A stretch of DNA of 64,000 bases from assembly GCA_964632255.1 (NCBI GenBank), contig CAZWCA010000014.1, positions 1,148-65,147 of the forward strand. Direction: 5' to 3'. A model generated the notes under the pieces. It was not told the DNA's origin. It saw only the letters and a list, made by a program, of their open reading frames with translations, and did no database searches. Position numbers and translations under genes: made by a program. Below are positions 54,884 to 63,580 of the stretch, piece after piece. The stretch comes from an uncultured Smithella sp. (lineage in GTDB: Bacteria; Desulfobacterota; Syntrophia; Syntrophales; Smithellaceae). Position 1 is the stretch's first letter. The number at the start of each line of letters is the position of its first letter.

Positions 54884-55201
54884 ATGTTCACAGTTACAGA
54901 TAAAGCATCCGAAGTAATCAAGGAATTTCTCAAAGATAAAGATGAAAATTCCGCGATTAGAATTACAATATCCATGGGATGTTGCGGGCCCGCTCTGGGC
55001 ATGGCTCTGGATGAGCCTAAAGATGAAGATCAGATGATCGACGAAAAAGGCATCAAATTCGTCATTGATAAGGACCTCCTTAATCAGGCACAGCCGATTA
55101 GTGTAGATTTTATCGAAACGCCGCGTGGTTCAGGATTTCAATTGACTTCCGCTCTGCCAAAGGCGGAAGGAGGCTGCGGATCATCGTGCAGCGGTTGTTG
55201 A
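54884..55201 (+). CDS. HesB/IscA-like Fe-S assembly domain protein with a Cys-rich tail
   Basis: Pattern VTDKA...IKEFL...IRI....GCCG...M.LDE....D...E..GI.F.ID. The C-terminus is GGCGSSCSGC. Confidence 0.55.
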   Translation: MFTVTDKASEVIKEFLKDKDENSAIRITISMGCCGPALGMALDEPKDEDQMIDEKGIKFVIDKDLLNQAQPISVDFIETPRGSGFQLTSALPKAEGGCGSSCSGC

Positions 55202-55254
55202 ACTCTCGGGGGAGATTATTCTCCCCCTCTTTTTTCTCTGTTTTAAGGTGAAAA

Positions 55255-56169
55255 ATGGAAAGAATAGATATGGCGGATAAGTTTCTGAATGAAGAGAAAT
55301 ATTCGGAGGCCATTTCGCTTTTGGAAGAACTTAAGCAGGAATATCCCGGGGAAGAATCAATTTTGCTGCGGCTTGCCTGGGCTCATCTCGACAGCGGCGC
55401 GACGGCGAAAGCTGTAGAATACCTGGAAATCCTGCTTGATCGGGAACTGCAAAGAAAAATATTTACGGGATTTGCTTTTGACGAACTGGTGCGCATTTAT
55501 AAACAGGAAAAAAATTTCAGCAGGCTTGTGGAAATTTGTGCAACCGCCATTGCCCGCCAGCCGGAAGATGTATGCCTGCTTTCCGAACTGGGTAATGCTT
55601 ATCTTTTGGCTGAACGTACAGGAGATGCCTGCCGCACTTTTGAAAAGCTGGTTGAGTTGGAAAATGATAACACCTCTTTTTACTGCCTCCTGGGAGAAGC
55701 TTTGTTCGCCGACGGTAAAACCAACGAAAGTGAAGCCGCCTATCTGCAGGCGGGCAAAATAGATTCGGACCAAGCCGACCGATACTATTATAGGATTGCC
55801 GATTTATATGATAAAAAAGGGAATTATGCAGATGCAAAAAGATTGCTCGATGCCTGTATTGCGGAAAAACCGTCTAATCCCCTGTATCATTGCTGCCTGG
55901 GCGATGCCCTGGTCGGCTTGGGGCGAATCAGTGATGCGCGGTTGGAATACGAAAAAGCCGCGCACTACGACAATTCCGGTGCCGGTGCATATTATAACCG
56001 ATTCGGTAATATACTTGCCCGGCTGAATCATCATCGGGAAGCAATGGAAGCCTTTAAGAAAGCCTTGGCAATAGAGCCCGGCAATCCGGTTTATACCCGG
56101 CACCTCGCCCTTTCATATAAAGCACTGGGTTTGCTGGACATAGCAGATGATACCGGGAAGAAAAGATAA
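55255..56169 (+). CDS. TPR-repeat protein
   Basis: Repeated ~34-aa units with the A..Y..A...P pattern throughout. Confidence 0.75.
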   Translation: MERIDMADKFLNEEKYSEAISLLEELKQEYPGEESILLRLAWAHLDSGATAKAVEYLEILLDRELQRKIFTGFAFDELVRIYKQEKNFSRLVEICATAIARQPEDVCLLSELGNAYLLAERTGDACRTFEKLVELENDNTSFYCLLGEALFADGKTNESEAAYLQAGKIDSDQADRYYYRIADLYDKKGNYADAKRLLDACIAEKPSNPLYHCCLGDALVGLGRISDARLEYEKAAHYDNSGAGAYYNRFGNILARLNHHREAMEAFKKALAIEPGNPVYTRHLALSYKALGLLDIADDTGKKR

Positions 56170-56197
56170 AATTAGTATGCGCTCCCGGTCAACAGCC

Positions 56198-56237
56198 TGC
56201 TAAGGCGGCGAGCAGCAATAGGCTCACCGCCTTAGCA
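56198..56237 (+). terminator. long hairpin between convergent genes
   Basis: TGCTAAGGCGG(c)GAGC ... GCTC(a)CCGCCTTAGCA, 15 paired positions, followed by ATTTTA. Confidence 0.55.
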
Positions 56238-56251
56238 ATTTTAGAAGACTT

Positions 56252-56767
56252 CTAAATCCGGCCCGTTTTCCTTAAGGTTTCCCTATAAACGTTATAAAAA
56301 GATTTATTATCGTCCAGCCCACGCTTGATAATGGCGGCAAAGTTATCGATATTTTTCTTATTGATAACTAAATCTACGCTTTTATTGAAGGCTGCCATAT
56401 TATCCATAGTGCGATGGTTATCCGAAAGCAGCGTAACCATTGTATTTCTTCTCGTGGCTGCGGACAGATTCTGTAAATAATTCAAGACTTCATTATTGCC
56501 TTGCGCTTCCGTTGCAAAGTTTTCATCGATCACAATCAGATCATATGTATGAAACCGCATGTTTTTCAAGGCTTCCCGGTCGGTAGCAGGTTCCGTAATA
56601 TGATAGCTCAAATCCGCTAAGGATTTTGTGATTTTTTCTTTTAAAGCTGCATCGGATTCACAAACCAGGACGGTTTCATTATTTACGCCTATAAAATCAA
56701 AAGAAACTCCCGCGGCATCATAGTTCATAGATGTAACTTCATCGGCAACTGATTTTTTCTCTTCCAT
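56252..56767 (-). CDS. receiver (REC)-like single-domain protein
   Basis: VLVCESD, YDLIVIDENF, VTLLSD and LVINKK sit at the expected beta1, beta3, beta4 and beta5 positions. AGGAGG lies upstream of the ATG at 56767. Confidence 0.45.
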   Translation of the reverse strand: MEEKKSVADEVTSMNYDAAGVSFDFIGVNNETVLVCESDAALKEKITKSLADLSYHITEPATDREALKNMRFHTYDLIVIDENFATEAQGNNEVLNYLQNLSAATRRNTMVTLLSDNHRTMDNMAAFNKSVDLVINKKNIDNFAAIIKRGLDDNKSFYNVYRETLRKTGRI

Positions 56768-56784
56768 AACCTGAATTCCTCCTG

Positions 56785-57963
56785 TTACCAAGGCTTTTTC
56801 GGCTTACCATAATCAGTGTCAACCTGTAATTTTCCAAGCAGATCCGTGGTCTTCTCACCGCGTGAACTCTTAACGGAGTCAATACCCCTGCCCACGATGC
56901 CTTTGTTGGAAGCATAGGCTTTGGCTGTCTCTTCACTGATTAGTCCCTGTTTATACAAATCAACAATATAGTCATCAAAGGTCACCCACCCGTATGCCTT
57001 GGAGGACTGAATAATTTCGTAAAAAGTCTTGCCTTCCGACTCACCATTCAGAATGGAATCTTTAATCCGTAAATTTGTGCCCATAATTTCAAAAGCGGCA
57101 ATTCTGCCCCCCCCTTCTTTCGGCAGCAATCTCTGACAGACAATCCAGCGGACAGTGTCAGCTAGACGAATGCGTATCTGTTTTTCCTCTTCAATTGAAA
57201 ACATGCCCAGAATACGATTGATCGTCTGACCGGCATCAACAGTGTGAAGAGTACTGACGACAAGATGGCCTGTTTCCGCGGCCGACATGCCGATTTCCAC
57301 TGTTTCGCGGTCGCGCATTTCACCGACAAGGATTACTTTCGGTGCCTGCCTCAGTGCTGCGCGCAATCCATTGGCAAAAGAATCAAAATCCTGTCCCATT
57401 TCCCGCTGGTTGAAAGTAGCTTTTTTATGAGTGTGCCCGAATTCCACCGGGTCTTCCAGCGTAATGATATGACATGCTTTTGTCTCATTTATCGCATCAA
57501 GCATGGCGGCAAGCGATGTCGACTTACCACTGCCGGTTGCACCGGTAACCAGAATAATTCCGTTTTTTTCCTCTGCCATTTTTTTAAAAGGCTCGGGAAG
57601 ATTTAAATCTTCAATTGTCGGTATCTTGGTTTCCAGTTTTCTTAAAACAATGGAATAGTTGCCGCGCTGGGAAAAAATATTAACGCGGAAACGCGCCTTG
57701 CCGGGAAGTTCATAAGATAAATCGCAAGAACCCTGAGTAAGAAGTATTTGAGTCAACCTTCTGTCATTACCGATCAGGTTTAAAGCGAATATTTCCGTCT
57801 GAAACGGCGTAAGTTTATCAAAGGGCGGTTCGATGTCGACAGTCATCAACTGTCCGGAGCTCTCTACCTGGAAAGGTTTCCCGACTGTGATGTTCAAATC
57901 GGAAACATTTTTGTGAGAATCCAGCATCTTGCCCAGAATATAATCAATTTCCTGTTTCCTCAT
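56785..57963 (-). CDS. pilU: PilT/PilU-family type IV pilus retraction ATPase
   Basis: Walker A GATGSGKST, ITLEDPVEF, ILVGEMRD and TLHT motifs. It is longer at the C-terminus than the adjacent PilT. Confidence 0.8.
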   Translation of the reverse strand: MRKQEIDYILGKMLDSHKNVSDLNITVGKPFQVESSGQLMTVDIEPPFDKLTPFQTEIFALNLIGNDRRLTQILLTQGSCDLSYELPGKARFRVNIFSQRGNYSIVLRKLETKIPTIEDLNLPEPFKKMAEEKNGIILVTGATGSGKSTSLAAMLDAINETKACHIITLEDPVEFGHTHKKATFNQREMGQDFDSFANGLRAALRQAPKVILVGEMRDRETVEIGMSAAETGHLVVSTLHTVDAGQTINRILGMFSIEEEKQIRIRLADTVRWIVCQRLLPKEGGGRIAAFEIMGTNLRIKDSILNGESEGKTFYEIIQSSKAYGWVTFDDYIVDLYKQGLISEETAKAYASNKGIVGRGIDSVKSSRGEKTTDLLGKLQVDTDYGKPKKPW

Positions 57964-58014
57964 AGCCTACTCCCGTCTAAAAGATGCCTGGTATGAATCA
58001 GAATTTTGTCAGTT

Positions 58015-59097
58015 TTATACTTCCGTAAAATCTGCCGGCGCACTTTTGAGGAACTGCCGGAAACGACTTTTATCATTGCATTTGGCATAGGCGTCGTCTC
58101 CGCTGATCCAACCTTTATTGAGAAGGTCGTAAATGGCATCGTCAAGAAGCTGCATACCGTACTTTTTACCGGTTTGAATCATTGAAGGAATCTGGAAGGT
58201 TTTAGATTCACGAATAAGGTTGCGGACAGCCGAAGTGGCGATGAGGATTTCCATGGCCGCACAACGCCCCTTTTTATCTACGCGCTTAAAGAGCGTCTGA
58301 CAAATAACCGCACGGATACCGTCGGCCAGGGTTGAACGAATTTGCGCCTGCTGATTGGCCGGAAAAACTTCAATAACTCTGTCCACAGTTTTGGCCGCGC
58401 TGGTTGTGTGCAAAGTACCGAAAACAAGATGACCGGTAGATGCCGCCTCTATGGCCAGATTAATGGTTTCCAAATCCCGCATTTCACCGACAAGAATAAT
58501 ATCGGGGTCTTCACGCAGGGCTCCGCGCAAAGCCGCCGAAAATGTCTTTGTATGCATGCCTACTTCTCTGTGGTTGACAATACATCCCTGGCTTTTATGA
58601 ACAAATTCAATAGGATCTTCAATGGTAATGATATGATCTTTGCGTAATCTGTTCGCTTCATTGATAATGGCCGCCAGTGTTGTGGATTTACCACTGCCGG
58701 TAGGTCCCGTGACCAGGACAAGCCCTCTGGGCAGTAATGCCAGCTTAGCAATAACATCGGGTAAAGATAACTGCTGACAGGTCATGATTTCGCTGGGAAT
58801 TTCACGAAAAACCGCCGCCACACCCCACTTTTGCTGGAAATAATTGGCACGATAGCGGGCCAGCCCCGGTATTTCATATGCAAAATCAACATCGCCTGTT
58901 TCTTCAAATTGTTTGACCTTGTATTCCGGAGCAATTTCGTAAAGCATAGCTTTAAGAGAATCATTATCCAGGATATCGAACTTAATACGTTCAATTTCTC
59001 CCCGGATTCTCATCGCCGGCTGCTGTCCGGTTACAAGATGAAGGTCGGATGCACCCTGTTCATTCAAGAGCTGAAAAAAAGCATCAATTTTTGCCAT
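58015..59097 (-). CDS. pilT: type IV pilus twitching-motility ATPase PilT
   Basis: ASDLHL, GPTGSGKSTTLAA, ITIEDPIEF, ILVGEMRDLET and GTLHTTSA motifs. Confidence 0.9.
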   Translation of the reverse strand: MAKIDAFFQLLNEQGASDLHLVTGQQPAMRIRGEIERIKFDILDNDSLKAMLYEIAPEYKVKQFEETGDVDFAYEIPGLARYRANYFQQKWGVAAVFREIPSEIMTCQQLSLPDVIAKLALLPRGLVLVTGPTGSGKSTTLAAIINEANRLRKDHIITIEDPIEFVHKSQGCIVNHREVGMHTKTFSAALRGALREDPDIILVGEMRDLETINLAIEAASTGHLVFGTLHTTSAAKTVDRVIEVFPANQQAQIRSTLADGIRAVICQTLFKRVDKKGRCAAMEILIATSAVRNLIRESKTFQIPSMIQTGKKYGMQLLDDAIYDLLNKGWISGDDAYAKCNDKSRFRQFLKSAPADFTEV

Positions 59098-59393
59098 GGT
59101 AAAACTCCCTCAGAGGTTAATTATTACGATAAGACTTACAACTTTAATGCGACTGTGGTTAGAGACTACATCGGCTTTTCCGGCTAAAAATTGAGGCGAG
59201 TATAGGGAAATTGAGCTAAATTTGTCAAGGCAAGAATAAGAAATAATAATTTTCAATATTTAAACATTCATTTTTAACAAAATCGACCGGTATCCCAAGC
59301 CGGTAAATAAAGAGTAAACCGGCCATAACAAATCCTTGACACTGGGACAGACAATAATATATGCTTTGAACTTTCCATGCAGGTTACAAGCTT

Positions 59394-59469
59394 GGGGATG
59401 TAGCTCAGCTGGGAGAGCGCGGCGTTCGCAATGCCGAGGCCAGGGGTTCGATCCCCCTCATCTCCACCA
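59394..59469 (+). tRNA. tRNA-Ala (anticodon CGC)
   Basis: 76-nt cloverleaf parsed by hand. Acceptor GGGGATG/CATCTCC with the G3:U70 Ala identity pair, anticodon loop TTCGCAA, T-arm AGGGG TTCGATC CCCCT, encoded CCA. Confidence 0.95.
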
Positions 59470-59506
59470 GAAGATAATCCAAGTACAGTCCAAAGAAAGA
59501 CAAAAA

Positions 59507-59529
59507 GCCCGCTAAAACGCGGGTTTTTT
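59507..59529 (+). terminator. intrinsic terminator after tRNA-Ala
   Basis: GCCCGC taaaa(c) GCGGG(T), followed by TTTTTT and preceded by an A-run. Confidence 0.6.
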
Positions 59530-59652
59530 GTTGCCGTTTGTCCAATGCAGTGCTATAAGGTTTATCAAAATCCGGTAGCTTTGGGGGCCTATTTCAGCCG
59601 TAAAAGCCCCCAAGCAAAGTTACAGGCCCCCAAAACAATAAAGAAGGTTATC

Positions 59653-60891
59653 ATGCCAAAGAGAATTTTGCCCTTATCAGAAATTAAAATTCGTACTTCT
59701 AAGCCTCAAGAAAAAGAATACAAGCTATTTGATGGCGGCGGCCTCTATCTTCTAATAACTGCATCCGGAGGTAAACTATGGCACTTTAAATACCGCTTTA
59801 ACGGTAAGGAAAAGAAACTTTCCTTTGGTTCATATCCCGAAATAAGCCTTTTGGATGCACGAAAACGGCGCGACGATGCACGAAAGCTTTTAGCAAATGA
59901 CGTTGATCCCGGCGCTGTTCGCAAAGCCCAAAAACAGGCAAAAATCGAGGACACAGAAACTTTTGAAGTTATAGCCCGTGAATGGCATGAAAAATTTAAG
60001 ACAACATGGACCGAAGGACATGCACAGAAACTTTTAAGGCAATTAGAATTAAATATTTTCCCGTGGATCGGCACAAGGCCCATTAAGGAAATTAAAGCGC
60101 CTGAATTATTGGCCGTGTTAAGACGAACTGAATCACGCGGCGTTTTAGAAGGCGCACACCGTTTAAGAGGAATATGCAGTCAGGTTTTCCGCTATGCTTT
60201 GGCAACTGGACGCTGTGAACGTAATCCCGCACAAGACCTGATAGGATCATTAGCACCGGCAAAAGAAAAGCACTTGGCATCTATAACAGACCCCAAAAAA
60301 GTTTGTGAATTATTACGTACTATTGACGAATATTCCGGCAGTTATATTGTAAAATTGGCATTACAGCTTTCACCACTAGTGTTTACCAGACCGGGCGAAC
60401 TTCGGCACATGGAATGGACGGAAGTTGATTTTGAAAACGCTCTTTGGAGCATACCAACGGAAAAAATGAAAATGCGAGAACCTCACCTTGTTCCGTTATC
60501 AAATCAGGCTATCCAAATTTTAACAGAGATTAAGAAACTGACCGGAACCGGCAAATATGCTTTTCCTTCCGCCAGAACCGTCGCCAGACCAATGTCAAAC
60601 AATGCTCTTTTAGCCGCTCTACGCCGCATGGGATACACAAAAGATGAAATGACACCTCACGGATTTCGTGCAATGGCAAGAACGATCTTGGATGAAATTT
60701 TGCAAGTAAGACCGGATTTTATCGAAGCTCAATTGGCACATCGGGTAAGCGATCCTTTAGGCCGCAGTTACAACCGGACGCAGCACCTTAATGAACGCCG
60801 GAAAATGATGCAGATGTGGGCTGATTATCTGGATGGTTTAAAAGAAGGAGCAAAAATTTTGCCTTTTAAGCCGCAAAAGGATAATCTTTAA
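59653..60891 (+). CDS. int: P4-type tyrosine integrase
   Basis: N-terminal LSEIKIRTSKPQEKEYKLFDGGGLYLLITASGGKLWHFKYRFNGKEKKLSFGSYPEISL (arm-binding domain). Catalytic HGFRAMARTIL and GRSYNR. The start was set at ATG 59653. Confidence 0.9.
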   Translation: MPKRILPLSEIKIRTSKPQEKEYKLFDGGGLYLLITASGGKLWHFKYRFNGKEKKLSFGSYPEISLLDARKRRDDARKLLANDVDPGAVRKAQKQAKIEDTETFEVIAREWHEKFKTTWTEGHAQKLLRQLELNIFPWIGTRPIKEIKAPELLAVLRRTESRGVLEGAHRLRGICSQVFRYALATGRCERNPAQDLIGSLAPAKEKHLASITDPKKVCELLRTIDEYSGSYIVKLALQLSPLVFTRPGELRHMEWTEVDFENALWSIPTEKMKMREPHLVPLSNQAIQILTEIKKLTGTGKYAFPSARTVARPMSNNALLAALRRMGYTKDEMTPHGFRAMARTILDEILQVRPDFIEAQLAHRVSDPLGRSYNRTQHLNERRKMMQMWADYLDGLKEGAKILPFKPQKDNL

Positions 60892-60897
60892 ATTCAT

Positions 60898-61101
60898 CTA
60901 CCCTGCCTTTTCGATTAATAATTTAATATCTGAAACCCTCCAGACAGTAGTTCTTTTACCAAGTTTAACAGGTTGCGGAAATCTACCTTCTTTAACACCT
61001 GCCCACCAACTTGATTTAGAAACAGGAATAATTGCCGGTTCTGTTTTACTGCCTATAATCTGATTCAATCGTAAAAATCCTTCAATTGGCAAACTGTGCA
61101 T
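60898..61101 (-). CDS. alpA: AlpA-family transcriptional regulator/excisionase
   Basis: FLRLNQIIG...PVSKSSWWAGVKEGRFPQPVKLGKRTTVWRVSDI is the classic AlpA HTH pattern. The start was set at MHSLPIEG. Confidence 0.7.
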   Translation of the reverse strand: MHSLPIEGFLRLNQIIGSKTEPAIIPVSKSSWWAGVKEGRFPQPVKLGKRTTVWRVSDIKLLIEKAG

Positions 61102-61135
61102 GTTATATTTTACCCCTTTAGTTTTCAAAAAGGTG

Positions 61136-62320
61136 TTAAGAATATTTTTCACTTCGCCTTAGCTCGTACAATGTTTGGCCTTTTTCAATCGGCGGTGTTT
61201 CCCGATGATATTTAGAGCGTTTCTTTTTCATTTTTGTTTGTATTTCCGCTTGATCAGGATAATTGTTTGTCAATTCGCATTTATATGAACGTATACAGTC
61301 TTCCATATTTACAGGTTTATCTTGATCCTCTCCTTTTTCTTCCTGATCAATAGCATGCAAAGAAAGAACTAATCCGTTCACTTGCTGCATTAATCGCTTT
61401 TTATCCATACTGACTGCTTTTTCTCTAATAAGAGGTTCAGCTCCCTGTATACCTTGGAAACCATCTTGAATTTCTTCATACCATCTAAAAGTCGAGCGTT
61501 GCGTATGATGAAGGCCTGGCCGATCTTGGAACTTTAGCCAATTCTTTGTGCAATATGCCCAAACCTGGTCATTTTTTTGTAAAAGGTCATTAGCCGTTTT
61601 AATGCCAAGTTCTTTCAAAACCTCCCTTCTTAACTGAAACTCAATTCGGATTACCTTCTTGCCTTCAGGAACTTCCTCAAGTCCCCATATATCAAACATC
61701 CACACTTTTTTTGATTGCTGTTCAATTTCCAGCGGTTTGTCATAGAGTCTTGCCGAAATAATGCCTTTGCCAATTCTTATTCCTGTAAGTTTATTATTTC
61801 TTTTGTAAATGCCGGAATCTGTTGCCCTTGAGACGACAAAATCCGCTAAGTCTTGCGCCCAGCGTTCTTCCGGCATAAGGAAATCAAGACAAAGATCAAC
61901 TCGACTCAGATTTGCTTTAATTATATGCCCACCATTGGCTTCAATTATATTCAAAGCAATTCTTAATACATCTGCTGGGCCTAACCTCCATAATGCCTCT
62001 GATCGAAATTCAATCATGCCGTTTGGCCTTGAACCAGGTTGTACTGAATTGGCTATTTTATAAGTGAAGTCAGCTCCGTTTAGTATCCAGGAAAAGCCCT
62101 TTGTTCCATTAGGTTTTATTGTGAAGGGATAAACTTCTTCATTGTTGAAATGTTTGATATTTCCAGGATAATCGAGGCTATATTGTTTCGCCTTTTCTTT
62201 AAGTTCCTCAAGAGCAATAAAAAAAGACTCATCTTTCCACTCAATACCCATTGATATTACAAGAGAATCAACTCCTGATGCTAATATATTTTTCACCTTT
62301 GCGGGGTGCCTGATAGTCAT
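61136..62320 (-). CDS. rolling-circle replication initiator-like protein (Rep_trans-type)
   Basis: SRVDLCLDF and ARLYDKPLEI resemble the conserved R.D...D and YDK motifs of Rep_trans initiators. The assignment is tentative. Confidence 0.5.
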   Translation of the reverse strand: MTIRHPAKVKNILASGVDSLVISMGIEWKDESFFIALEELKEKAKQYSLDYPGNIKHFNNEEVYPFTIKPNGTKGFSWILNGADFTYKIANSVQPGSRPNGMIEFRSEALWRLGPADVLRIALNIIEANGGHIIKANLSRVDLCLDFLMPEERWAQDLADFVVSRATDSGIYKRNNKLTGIRIGKGIISARLYDKPLEIEQQSKKVWMFDIWGLEEVPEGKKVIRIEFQLRREVLKELGIKTANDLLQKNDQVWAYCTKNWLKFQDRPGLHHTQRSTFRWYEEIQDGFQGIQGAEPLIREKAVSMDKKRLMQQVNGLVLSLHAIDQEEKGEDQDKPVNMEDCIRSYKCELTNNYPDQAEIQTKMKKKRSKYHRETPPIEKGQTLYELRRSEKYS

Positions 62321-62550
62321 ATGGCACCCCTTTTTGATGAATTGCTTTTGAAGTCGAAAGACAATTGTTGAAAAGAAATTCCTTGCTGATGACAGGAAAC
62401 CGCGGGCGGCGTTTTCCTGTCATCAGCAAGGTCAAATATTTCGCTTAGTTTCTTTCTGGAACCGTCAAGTCTTATTATTTCGGCATTTGGAAATTGCTGA
62501 TAAATAGCCTTCCATAATCTTAACTCTTTCTCTACTGCTTCATGCAGCAT
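62317..62550 (-). CDS. hypothetical small protein, translationally coupled to rep
   Basis: The start was set at MLHEAVEKEL because GGGGAGG lies upstream. ATGA overlap with the rep start. It contains the 19-bp inverted repeat. Confidence 0.4.
   Translation of the reverse strand: MLHEAVEKELRLWKAIYQQFPNAEIIRLDGSRKKLSEIFDLADDRKTPPAVSCHQQGISFQQLSFDFKSNSSKRGAI
62381..62431. repeat. perfect 19-bp inverted repeat with a 13-nt GC-rich spacer
   Basis: CCTTGCTGATGACAGGAAA (62381-62399), spacer ccgcgggcggcgt, TTTCCTGTCATCAGCAAGG (62413-62431). Confidence 0.85.
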
Positions 62551-62725
62551 AAAAAAAACCTCCCCTGGACGTTCCAAGAGAGGCTGCTTGACAGAATAAT
62601 CAGTGATGTTATATTAAAAACGAATCACTTCTAATGCATGAAGCCTGGTCGCTAATTGCCTATCTGGAACGTGATTTAGAAAGTCCGGTCATGTTGGCGC
62701 ATGGTCGGATTTTCGTTTATTTTAA

Positions 62726-63013
62726 TTATTTTCTGATTTCTAAATCTCCTTTTTCATCTAATTTAATATCACCTTTTCTTAGTGCGTCTTTCAGTTTCTT
62801 ATACATCTTATCCCCAATTGCAACTGCCTGTATTATGCCCAATCTATCAAGCGCTTGAATATCCTCCAAACCAAGCTCAATAAGATTTGCGATCATTTCA
62901 CTTCTAGAAAAACGACCTCTTATTGCTCTTATTCTGTCTATCTCTGCAATTACGCTCGGTTTAAGCATTATTGTATATTGCTGTTTGGGTTCTTCTATTT
63001 TCGGTCTTCCCAT
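62726..63013 (-). CDS. ribbon-helix-helix (CopG-like) protein
   Basis: N-terminal KQQYTIMLKPSVIAEIDRIRAIRGRFSRSEMIANLIELGL has the beta-alpha-alpha pattern. Confidence 0.5.
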   Translation of the reverse strand: MGRPKIEEPKQQYTIMLKPSVIAEIDRIRAIRGRFSRSEMIANLIELGLEDIQALDRLGIIQAVAIGDKMYKKLKDALRKGDIKLDEKGDLEIRK

Positions 63014-63580
63014 AATTATTCCTCTTTAAATAATGTGTTTTTAATAATAAATATATTAGGTTTATATTGTGTTTAATCTCTAATAAACATTAGGGATAAG
63101 TTTGTCAAGGAAAAATTAAAAATATTTTTTGTACATGAATTAAGAGCTTGAAGGAGTCCGAACCCAATATTGAGAACAAATTCATCACGGGTTTGGGCTG
63201 GTTAGGGAAGGCACAGGAAGGGGCTTAATTAGCCACTGCGGAACATTGATTCACGTTAGCCGCAGGAAGAAAAAATGGCTGATCGAACGTGGCGCACCGC
63301 GCACCTGATTAAAGTTTTTTTAGTTTATCGTTCACAAAGCGGCGGCAATCCGGCGCTCTGGTGTCGCGGCGGTTACCGCCTCTACTAGTTGAAGGTAAAT
63401 CAAGAAAGATCATTTTTGTTCGAAATCTATTAGTATAAATGACGGAATTCTAAGAGATTCAATGTAAAGCTAATTCTCTTTTCTATCCTAATCAATGATC
63501 TAAATAGGCTGAAATATTGTGGAAAAAATCACTTAAATATGCTTTAAAATTTTTTTCAAAATTAATATTAAGGAATAAGA

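Noticed and set aside
59431-59652. N-terminal 74-codon extension of the integrase ORF in the ORF track
   Set aside because: It overlaps the 3' part of tRNA-Ala and its terminator. The conserved P4-type integrase N-terminus begins at MPKRILPLS (ATG 59653).
63276-63389. 37-codon ORF (MADRTWRTAHLIKVFLVYRSQSGGNPALWCRGGYRLY) in the G+C-rich segment
   Set aside because: It is too short and has unusual composition and only a weak RBS. It is kept only as an alternative explanation in the ncRNA finding.
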